From assembly GCA_964035545.1 (NCBI GenBank), contig OZ037765.1, positions 30,193,504 through 30,257,503 on the forward strand: a stretch of DNA of 64,000 nucleotides, in the 5' to 3' direction. Every line of letters starts with the position of its first letter. Positions within the stretch are counted from its first letter, which is position 1. This DNA is from Bugula neritina (lineage: Eukaryota > Animalia > Bryozoa). Shown one piece after another: positions 42,501 through 54,500 of this stretch. A program made the position numbers and the translations under genes. Below the pieces are notes generated by a model that worked only from the letters and a program-made list of their open reading frames with translations, ran no database searches and was not told the origin of the DNA.

Positions 42501-45500
42501 TGTAAGCAATTCAAAGAAATCATTTGTCTAAAAGCCTACATCAATATGACAGCTACATGTATTACCACAAAGTTTATTAAAAAGCGTTATTTGTTGTTAG
42601 ATTCATTTACCAGATAATATGTAGGCATAACTAGGTGCAGTTTCTTCAGCACTTATTCATAAATGAGCAAAAGACTATTGAATGTCTAAAAAAAATATTT
42701 TTTTTAAAAAACGGTTTAGGATCCTACCATCAAGACCAGGCAACCCTGGAATTCCTTTTTGTCCAGGAGCACCATCTTGTCCATTGAGTCCATCTTTACC
42801 AGATGTCCCTTTTTCACCAGGTAAGCCACGTTGACCAGGAGAACCAGGTTGACCACGAATACCAGGAGAGCCATCTCTACCTCGTTCACCTGGTCTTCCA
42901 TCTCTGCCATCTTTACCTGGTAGTCCATCAGAACCAGGAAATCCTCTAGATCCATCTCTACCTGGCGAGCCAGAACTTCCTTTATTTCCTTGGGTACCAG
43001 GTCTGCCATCATTGCCATCTCTACCCGGTGCACCGATATTGCCTTTACTGCCATCTCTACCAGGAGCTCCGGGCAATCCTCTTGAACCAGGAAAGCCATC
43101 AAAACCATCACGGCCATCTGTTCCATCACGGCCATCTCTTCCTTTTAGACCAGGTACTCCAGCCTCTCCTTTTTGTCCTGCAGCACCATCTCTACCATCA
43201 CTTCCTCTTTCTCCAGGTTGTCCAGGTAAGCCACGTTCACCTGGTCTTCCATCTAAACCAGGTCTACCAGGGTCCCCAGAAGCTCCAGGAAATCCTCGTT
43301 CTCCTACTCTTCCTGGTGACCCATCTCTGCCAGGATTACCATCTCGCCCAGGATAACCATTTGAACCTTTTTGTCCATTTTGTCCATCTTGACCTTTTTG
43401 TCCAATTTCTCCTCGTTGACCAGGTAAACCTGGTAATCCCCTTTCTCCAGGATTACCATCACGACCACGTTCACCTGGTTGTCCAGCTTCTCCTTCTACA
43501 CCAGGCAAACCAGGAGCTCCTCGAATGCCTGGCTGACCTGAAGGTCCAGGTTGACCTGTTTCTCCTTTCCTTCCAGGTAATCCATCTTTTCCAGACAAAC
43601 CTGGTTGCCCAGGACTGCCCCTATTACCAGGGTTACCATCTCTACCCCTTTGACCAGGTTGTCCATCATTTCCAGGTATACCAGATGGGCCAGGTTCACC
43701 AACACTGCCATCAAACCCATCCCTACCATCATTTCCTGGAAAACCCTGATCTCCTTTTTGTCCAGACTGACCTTCAGCACCTTTATTACCTGGCAATCCA
43801 GGTTTGCCATCTATTCCATCTAAACCTGGATAACCATCTCTTCCTTGTTCACCATCATTTCCCCGTTCACCCTTTTCTCCTGGTAAACCATCATTACCAT
43901 CTTTTCCATCAAACCCATCTTTGCCATCTCTACCACTCTGTCCATCTCTACCATTTTGTCCAGGAGTCCCACGTTGGCCGGGCTCTCCTCTTCTACCAGG
44001 TTCACCATCCTGGCCATCTTGTCCTCTACTACCAGGTAGTCCGGGTTGTCCTCTGATACCTTGCTCACCAGGTAAACCTGGCTGTCCATCAAGTCCTGGT
44101 ACCCCACGATCTCCTTTGTTGCCGGATGCTCCTTTCAAACCATCTTTGCCAGAAAATCCATCTTGACCATCACGTCCTGGTTGCCCAGGTCTTCCATCAA
44201 AACCCTTTCGCCCATCTATACCATCTCTTCCAGGCTGACCTGGTTGACCATCACGACCACTCCTGCCATCTTTACCTGGTGAGCCTTTAGCGCCAGGTTG
44301 CCCATCTCGACCTGCTTCACCTTTGTCTCCTTTGTCACCAGGTAAGCCTGGAATACCATCAGCCCCATCATTTCCTCGATCTCCACGAGCACCTACAAAG
44401 AATAACTTTGGATAATCTTTGGATGAAAATTATTAAATTATCTTAACAAAAAATTTATCTTCGGTTTTCAAAAATAAATTTAAGAATTGAAGATAGCATA
44501 ACATCTAAAATTTTTAACGCTATTAGTAACTAGAAGCTTGATATTTTGCAAATCTCAAATATAATGTTATATGAATTATAAAAATAACTTTTGCATTTTA
44601 CAAACCTAAACTGATTAAAAAAAGTATAATTTATACTATCATAATGTATTCATAATTTATAAACTGTTATAGTCAGCACACTTTTAATTACTTTAGCTAT
44701 GACATTTAGTAATACACCTCAAGCTTTTTAATATATTAAAAAGTACTAAGTATCAGAAGGTTCTGAATATTTAGCTTATAATTTATTGTGGCGTAGAAAG
44801 CTAAAATTTAAGGTTTAGTTACCATAAATTCCTACCTGGTGTGCCATCTCGGCCTGGTTCTCCATCTTTTCCAGCTTTCCCATCAAATCCATCCACACCA
44901 CTTAATCCATATCTACCTGGTGCCCCTGGTTCACCACGCTCTCCCTTTGCACCATCCTGTCCATTTTGACCTGGTGCTCCAGGTTGACCATCAGCACCCC
45001 GATCTCCAGGTCTACCATCTTGTCCGTCTCTACCAGGATTACCCGGTCTACCATCTTGTCCTCTATCACCATCTCTCCCTGGATTACCATCTCGCCCTGG
45101 ATTTCCGGCATTTCCTTTTTCACCTGGTTGACCGAGTTGTCCTGGACTTCCTCTTTCACCAGGTCTCCCAGGATATCCATCTCTACCGTTGGAACCCTTT
45201 GCACCTATGGGTATTTCACAATAGTAATAATTCTAACAGAAACTCTAATAATGATACAAATAAGGTATACATTTCCTAATTAAAAGTTATTTATAAAATA
45301 TATTTTATGTAAAACACAAACTTTCTTGCAGCTGGTTTTTGCAACTAGTAAAAGCTAGTAGTTAGACAGGAATTTGTAGTGTTGAGTCTACCCAGTGGTC
45401 CTTGTGGTGTAACGGTTAGAGCAACTGCTTGCAAATCAGAAGTTTCAGGTTTGAATCCCAGTGGGAGCAAAATTATTTGATAGAATTAATGACAAAATCG

Positions 45501-48500
45501 AATATAATCTTATATAATATGGTCTCACAGCCTGTACTGTTTTAAGTGAATTTCATTAGGAATATCAATAGATCAGTTAACAAGTGTTTAGCTACAGATT
45601 AGTATGCCTTACCTGGTGTGCCATCTCGGCCTGGTTCTCCATCTTTTCCAGCTTTACCATCAAATCCATCCACACCACTCAATCCATATCTACCTGGTGC
45701 GCCTGGTTCACCGCGTTCTCCCTTTGCACCATCACTGCCATCTAAACCTGGCACTCCAGGTTGACCATCAGCACCTCGATCTCCAGGTCTTCCATCTTGT
45801 CCATCTCTACCAGGATTACCCGGTCTACCATCTTGTCCTCTGTCACCATCTCTTCCTGGATTGCCATCTCTTCCCGAAGCTCCCTTTGTACCTGCTTCAC
45901 CTTTTTCTCCTCTTGCACCTGGTTGCCCATTGCTTCCTCTTGTACCAGGAGAGCCATCTCTTCCACGGTAACCATCTCTACCTGGAAGACCAGGTGTGCC
46001 TTTCTCCCCTGGCTCACCCTGTTCTCCCGGCAGACCTGGTAGGCCATTTATACCGTCTTTGCCTTTACTGCCAGGTTGTCCTGGTTGTCCAGGTCGTCCG
46101 ACACTTCCATCTTGACCTTGAACACCACGCTGTCCATCATTGCCATTTCTTCCAGGCAAACCTGGAGCTCCTTTCTCTCCGGGAGCACCTCTTTCACCTT
46201 AAAGTTAAATGTGCACATGTCAATAATCAGTTTTGAAGTCAATAGCTGTTGCTTATAGTATATAGTAGGAATTCTCAGTTGAAAATGCATAATGTATTGA
46301 CATACAAAAGTTGCTATTTAGCAATTGATATTAGATTATAAGTGGATCATAAGTTTTAGGAATAGTGTTGATTTGTACAAAGCAATATAATTACTTTGAC
46401 TGCAATGATTAAGAGATTATCAAACAAAATATTTGACTTATTTTATAATAAAAGCATGCAAACTTCTGTTTAATAATATGATTCATCTCAAAAATTCAAG
46501 CTTTCAATGCCTATTTCATGTTGGCCATGTGTTAAACATAAATCAGCATGAAATAGTTTTCATTTCAACAATATTATTTTTTGTATTACATTTATTACAT
46601 ATATAACATTATATTCATTACATATATATTATGTTCATTATATTATGTATATATTATATGTAGCATTATGTTATACATTAACTTATATAATAATACATTG
46701 CAGTACATTATGTTCTACTATATTGCAGAATAAACTAAGAAAAATATTAGGTCACCTGGTCTGCCATCTGCTCCATCACGACCACGAGTACCAGGTTCTC
46801 CATCTTTTCCAGCTTTCCCATCAAATCCATCCACACCACTCAATCCATATCTACCAGGTGCGCCTGGCTCACCACGCTCTCCCTTTGCACCATCCTGTCC
46901 ATCTTGACCTGGCGCTCCAGGTTGACCATCAGCACCTCGATCTCCAGGTCTTCCATCTTGTCCGTCTCTACCAGGATTACCCGGTGCACCATCTTGTCCT
47001 CTATCACCATCTCTTCCAGGATTACCGTCTCTTCCTGTAGCTCCAACATCTCCTTTTTCACCTGGTTGTCCTGGTTGTCCAAGTTCACCCCTTTCACCTG
47101 GTCTACCTGGTGAGCCCTTCATTCCTGGATACCCATCTTGACCATCTCGGCCTGGGTTACCAGGTCTACCTTGTAATCCATCATTGCCAGTTTGTCCATC
47201 AGAACCATTTTCTCCTGGTAAGCCATCTTGACCAGGCTCTCCCTGTGCACCCTTGCTACCTGACTGCCCTACAAATTATTATTAAGATTAAACATGATCA
47301 CACATTTTCTCAATCTTTAAACATTGCCTAATATAGCTTAATGGTTTAGTTTGGATTACATAAACACAAACACGAACACAACGTACATATCTAGTTTTCA
47401 TGATACTTAATGAACTGTTACAAGGCAGATATACATATATAAGGCTTTTACAAACCTTTGGCACCAGGTTGTCCATCTTTTCCAGCTGCGCCAGGAATAC
47501 CTGGTTGACCAATGCTTCCTTTATCTCCATCCCTGCCATCTACTCCATGTCGCCCTCTTTCACCTGGCCTACCATCAGTGCCACGCTCTCCTTTGACACC
47601 TGGTAATCCTGGTTCTCCAGGATACCCCACTGTGCCTTGTGCACCAGGTATTCCATCTTTTCCAGGTGTACCTTGATTACCTTTAGCTCCTGGTGCGCCA
47701 TCATTACCATCTCTGCCTGGGTTACCTTGCTGGCCTTTCTCACCTGGGCGTCCAGGACTCCCAGGGAGTCCTTGGTCACCACGCTCTCCAACTTTTCCAT
47801 CAAAACCAGGTGGCCCTGTTAAACCAGGGAACCCATCTTTTCCAGGCTGTCCATCTTTTCCATCTTGTCCATCCAATCCATCTTGTCCATTTCTTCCATC
47901 TCTACCTGGTGCCCCTGGTTCACCGCGCTCTCCTTTAGCACCATCCTGTCCATTTTGACCTCGAGCTCCAGGTTGACCATCGACACCCCGATCTCCAGGT
48001 CTTCCATCTTGTCCATCCCTACCAGGATTACCCGGTCTACCATCTTGTCCTCTATCACCATCTCTTCCAGGATTACCATTTCGACCAGAAGTACCAATAG
48101 CTCCTTTTTCGCCAGGTTGTCCTGATTCACCAGGCAGTCCTCTTTCTCCAGGAATACCAGGCAAACCTTCTTGACCATTTTCTCCATCCTGCCCATCTCT
48201 TCCAGGAGAACCTTGCTCTCCTTTCGTTCCTGGCTGTCCTACTGAACCTGGAATTCCATCTTGTCCTGGACTCCCATCATGTCCTCTGATGCCAGGTTGG
48301 CCAGGCCTACCAGGAGAGCCATCAGTTCCTTTTGTCCCTGGGGCACCTTGTTGTCCAGGTTCTCCTCTTTCTCCTCTGCTTCCAGCTCTACCTGGTTGAC
48401 CATCTTTACCATCAAAACCTCGAGGGCCAGCTTGCCCAGGATAACCTTTTTCGCCTGGTTTGCCATCTTGGCCTGGCAAGCCCGGTTCTCCAGGTAATCC

Positions 48501-51500
48501 GTCTTGCCCATCGTAGCCATCTTTACCTGAAATACCAGCTTCGCCTGGCTGTCCAGGTTCTCCACGAAGTCCAGGAGAGCCCATTGTACCTGGGCTACCG
48601 CGATTACCATCTCTACCCGGAATTCCATCAGTTCCTCTATCACCTTTACTTCCTTTGTCACCATTCTCACCTTTTCTGCCATCATCCCCTGGTAATCCAT
48701 CTCGCCCATCTTGTCCATCATATCCATCTTGACCATCACGACCAGGTGCTCCAGGTCTTCCTAAATTTCCCTGTCTCCCTGGCTCTCCGTTTTTGCCATC
48801 GACTCCATCTCGACCCGGGAGTCCATTAGCCCCTTTTTCTCCTTTTGTTCCCACTCTACCTGGTTGCCCAGCCTCTCCAGGAGTTCCTGCTTCTCCAGGT
48901 TGCCCACGGGCACCAGGATTTCCATCTTCGCCATCCAATCCTCTATATCCTGGTATACCATCTGCACCTCTGTCTCCTGGACGTCCGGGTATACCTGGAA
49001 CACCCGGAGCTCCACCATCGCCCTTTTCTCCTTTTACTCCATCTTGGCCAGCTCGCCCATTAAAGCCATCAACTCCATCTAATCCAGGTCTTCCAAAGGA
49101 ACCAGGGCTTCTTTGATCTCCTTTTTGTCCATCTTTACCTGGTAACCCTGGTGAGCCCCTTTCTCCTGGTTGACCATCTCGACCTTGTTCACCCGGTCTG
49201 CCATCATACCCCGGTCTTCCAGGCTGACCTGGTTGACCTCTATTGCCATCTCTGCCAGGATTACCATCCTGACCCCTTTGGCCAGGTTGACCAGGAGTGC
49301 CACGATCTCCTCGTCTGCCTGGTGATCCAGCTCTACCTGGTTGTCCATCTCTACCATCGTATCCATCTCTCCCAGGATTTCCTGAGCTCCCATCTCTTCC
49401 CGGTGAGCCTCGATTTCCAGGTGTTCCTGGTGACCCCCTTTCTCCAGGTCTGCCATCTGAACCATCTTTACCATCATATCCATTGACTCCTGGAGCCCCT
49501 TGCTCTCCTGGCCTTCCCGCGTCTCCTTTAGAACCTGTAAGAATATACAAGTATAAAGTAAGTTAACAAAGTTAAGACGAATATTGATATAAAGTAAGTA
49601 CAGTTTAATTTACATGTAAAGTAATTTTAATGTCAAAAGATTATTATGCAGCATGATATCATCTTAACAAACCTTTCCCTCCAGCTTGTCCTGAAAGCCC
49701 ATCGGATCCTGGCGGTCCTTGAGAGCCAGGCAATCCCGACTCCCCAGGTTGCCCTTCTTGTCCCATAGCTCCCTTTTCTCCAGCATCTCCTTTGGCACCC
49801 TTTGCACCTCCATCACCTTTTTGACCAGGAAGTCCTGGTTGACCAGCTTGACCAGGAGTTCCAGGTGATCCTGTTGGACCCGTAGCCCCAATGTTATGAG
49901 CTGTAAATCAAAAAAGTTACAAGACATGTTGTACAAAAAAACTGGCAAATCCTGTGGGTTTTGGTTCAAGGTCAAATTATCAATAGATATGCACTTGTAC
50001 AACAATAATTTTTAACAATTTAAAAAGTAGAAAAAATAAAAAGGAGTTGCCTTCTCAAACTTGAACACCTAGCATAGACAACATCAGTTCTATTACTCAT
50101 GCCCTAAACACATTAGATTTTAATCCACAATTTTTCCAAGAAAATATTTTTTCGGTGCCTGCATTTTGCACTGTCCAACTGTTCAAGAAAAATTTGCCAA
50201 CATTGCAATAATTATTGGGTTGATTTGTGGTTACAACATTAATGTTTTGCTTTTTACTTTCCACTTTTCAATTTCCACTTTTTACAGTCAAAACCATATT
50301 CTAAAATCTAGTTCAAAGAAACAGTTGGAAATTAGTATGATGACATTCTTACAATAGTCACAGGCATAGCCATAGTAGCACATCAGCTGATTATCTTCTT
50401 CACCCGTCTTCTCATTGATGATAACTAGAAATGAAAAAGATGACAGTGTATTCATAAATCTTAGGCTAAAGAATAAATTTAGACCGAATACAAATCCGAA
50501 CTCTCATACATGCAAATTGACTGCTCGAGATTCTGTAAGATATGTTAGGGATTTTATGCTTACCTCAATTATACAACAATATATGCCTATAGTTATATAT
50601 ACTGGCAAATACAAATTACTGTCATTGATATGCTTCACTTATTTTTGTATATCAAGATTTAGTGGGTTAATCAAGTACAGGCTAAATAAAATGAATGTAG
50701 CACAGCTATTTGGACATAGATATTTTGGAGTTGTCCACTTTTGTGATAAAAGCATGTAGAAATTTTAGATGAGTTTGTATTATATTTGTAGATGGTGATT
50801 TTACTAACCTGGGTCTATGACAGCTCCTATTGAGTAAAGTACCCTCTCACCATCCCTGCCCCTGGCAACTCTCTGCTCCCCAACCACTGGGCGAGCATTT
50901 CCTAACACAGGAATTATCTTCTCTTTAGACGTATCATAAGATATATCAGATGTAAATGGTATGACAGGTCCCGAAGTGCTAAACCCCAAGTAATAAGAAT
51001 CTCTGATATTTGGTCTATCCAGAACTGGTACCTAAAGTAAGTCATTTTAAAAAGTTAATAATATATTTGTTACTGGAGCTCTAAAATGTGTAGTTTTCTT
51101 TCTTATTTAAAAACTAAAAAAATCTAAGCTATCTAAAGCTTTTCACCACTATAGCTTTACTAGAATAAATATGTTATAAAAGCTAATTGATATTATACAG
51201 GATATAGTAGTATAGGCTACTTCAGATCTGACTGTAAGTAGGGAGCACAACTCTTAAGAACTACAAAGGAACAGTTTTATTCTGATGGCTAAAGATGATG
51301 GGAGATTTATGTTAATTAATTTTTTTGCAGTTTATTTGTTGAATAATGCAAAAGACTAGTTGATGTAATATTATAAGCACACAGCCCAGACAGTGAAGTC
51401 AACAACAACTTAAACCTACCACAGTTGTACAAATTCAACACATGCTTTTCAAATATTCAATCAACCACATATATTGCCATTTGGTTTATAATGCAAATGT

Positions 51501-54500
51501 CAGCTTTTGTAAAATGCAAATACACTTAAACTATCAAAACATACTTTACATAAATTTATTAGCTTGCATACATTTGAGGTTTTCTGGAAAAAAATCGTCA
51601 AAACATCTAGAATTAGAAAGTCATTATGCATATTTTATCCAACTACTAACAACATAAATATGAACAGACAAATAGTTTTCATAATGTATATACAACATGA
51701 TATACTACAAATATACTAAAGTCTCAAGTTGCGTTTATACCTCTACTGGAAAAATTTCCGAGTTTCAGTTAGTATCACTCGTCTGGGTACCCCTAGTCAA
51801 ACTTAAAATTGTCAAAATCATATTGATACGGAAGCACACTTTCTAAAAATGAAATCTGACTCGCCTAATCGCTATATTTGATGCCCTTTGTAAACGTCGT
51901 GAATTAGTGAAGTTGACAGCATAAAAGCGATAACTGAGAAGGCGTAGGAAAACATATAAGTACGTCATCTAATCGCCAAAGTCATAACTAAATAACGATG
52001 TTTACAAGGAGTTATTACCTACCCTTTGGAGTATAAATCTGAAATCGGCCGATTAGTTATCACAGTACAAAAATTTCTACGAATGGCTTTTACAATGCAA
52101 TGCAATGCAATGCAATGCAATGCAATTCCGAGAAATTTCAACCCGGCCAAATTGAATTTCTGACCGAAAATCGTGAAGGTATAAAGGCAACTTAAACCCA
52201 CCAATAAGTCATAATTTTTGTAATGGCTACATGTTCCACAAAGTGGTGTGCTAATTAATTATGTGTGAAGCTTGAATACGAAAATTATTTATAAATTTTT
52301 AGTATAGCAAATACAGATGCAGGTGGTGACAACATTTAGTAATAAAATTAATACCTTCCACCGCATTGCTTTGATCTTTGCAATGCCAAAATCTGGTACA
52401 TTCTGTGCCTGACTTGACTGGGTTGTAGTCTAAATTCTTTTACAGAGTTCAGTATATTATTTATGACTTTATTTTTATGCTTTTTGGTAGCTTAAAAGCT
52501 TTCAACAAGTTGATATATACCCACTAATATTATACTGTGCAATAGCTGTGCTTTTTCCCTTTTGGTTAAATCTTTTTATAGGTTTCTATAGGATATTACA
52601 TAACTTTCCAGTTGAAAGAAATCAAAGGTTAGATGAGAACTGGTAATAAGTTTATATGGGATAAAGTAGGCTGACTAATGTCACTCGTTGTCTGGAATTT
52701 AATTTGGAAATCTCATTTGCCAACTGCGGCAACATAACGCTTTGTCTGCGAGATAAAAAAGCTCATGCTATTGGTTATAAATCAGTTGAGAGCAGTGAAT
52801 AGGTCTGAGATGTATCAGGATATAACTGAATGCTAACATAAAAATTATTTAGTAAAACTAGAAATTTTTACAAGGTATATGTATTTTTAAATTTCAACAA
52901 AATACTGAAATAAAAAACAGTAAATTGCCTTCTCCGTAAAGCTGGGGCTTTTCTACCAATTAGATAATCATTAAATTTTATAAAAAAATTCATTAGGTTA
53001 TAAAATACGATTGAGTTACACAATTTTTTGGCTGTTTTCTAGTCTGAAAATTTGCATTTTATTACTCTGCGAGTTAATCAAATGTGCCTTCAACATCAAA
53101 TGTGCTTAGTCACCATTAAACGGTTTACTAACAGCTAGCCATTTGTTCATTTCTATGAGCATGACTAACGTCCATTACCAACATCAAAAGCAAATAAATT
53201 ATTTTATCTAAATCGATGTTCTCTTTTGCGTGGGGGTCGCATAGTGACAAACTGCTTATGTAATTTCTTGCCAGCCAGTAGCTATGAGGCAGCTGTGGTT
53301 ACAGAGCTTGTTGCGTGGCATTAAGCCAGGTGACTTTTAGAGATTAAAGATAAGACAGATTTAGCTTGTTGATTCAGCTTTGTAGACTATGGGGTACACT
53401 TGGCAGCCCCCATTAATAACTGTGTGCACAGGTACACCAACTACTGCGTTTGTAATTTTGAATGTTGGGTACTATTTAGGTGGAGCAATGGAGATATTTC
53501 AATAGCCTCCGTGTTATTAATTATATTTTGCTGCATTTTGCACTCGAAATGCAGGCTTTTCTTATTTCCCATTACTGTGTGGGAGATCATGCAAAATCCA
53601 ACCATTCTATATACAAATAATATGTATAATATAAATATTTTTCAAATTATTTTCTCGGACATGCTAACAAGTTCACATTACATATAATATTATAATGCAC
53701 TTAGTCAGTTTGAATATAGCTCCAATACAGAAATCTTGCTAATTTCTGGTACAGAGTATAAACTATAAATTGTTGCGATTATATGATCAAGTGAGAATAA
53801 GGATATGAATGTGGCCAGGCAACAGGCATTTCTATCATTAAGGATATTGCTAAAAAGACTAGATTTTTGTAATTTCCTTTTCTATATACTCGTTGGTTAG
53901 TTTTACTATCATTTATTGCTACTACACAATAAGCTCTCCGTAAATGCAGCAAAGTGGAAAACATAATGAGAAACCAGGATTAAATGCATTTTTATTGAAA
54001 TTGAAGATTATGTAAAGAGCTAGTTAATCCGTCGCACTAGAATATAAGCTTTAGCTGGTGTTATTCTTTCAGCTTAACAGGGTGGAACCATTACAGATGG
54101 CAATTACTAAAGATTTAGGTCTGCGAAGTACAGATTGTCAAGTGTTACCCAGATAGCGAGAGACTAAAGGTTGTCTTATAATCTATATACCTATGAGTGA
54201 AAATAGTTGATTAGAGTACAAGTTATGGAAAATCCACTGTCTACCGATTGAAACTACAGCCTTGTGTAGTTAAATATCGTCATAATCTGATGATTTGAAT
54301 TGGAAGTTGCTGATTAGTTTTGTATTTCCTCACATTTCTTACATTTTCCTTATCTGTACAGTATCTGCTGTTACGTAATAGTATACATTATTATAGTTAT
54401 TCTAATTGTTTTAATGAGACTGACGCTTTATGCATAAGTGAACACCAAGTATGTAACAATTACTGTTAGCAGAACAAACACTGCATAAAATTCTAAGATG

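Noticed and set aside
38760-49320. RGD tripeptides within the collagen helix (e.g. GRRGDR, GARGDR, GVRGDV)
   Set aside because: Expected by chance in an Arg/Asp-rich Gly-X-Y sequence, and RGD is generally cryptic in native triple helices.
38645-49566. Dozens of long plus-strand and alternative-frame ORFs (Pro-rich, His/Leu-rich, Met/Val/Asp-rich) overlapping the collagen exons
   Set aside because: Expected shadows of GGN-periodic Gly-X-Y codons. They coincide with collagen exon limits and have no independent gene structure.
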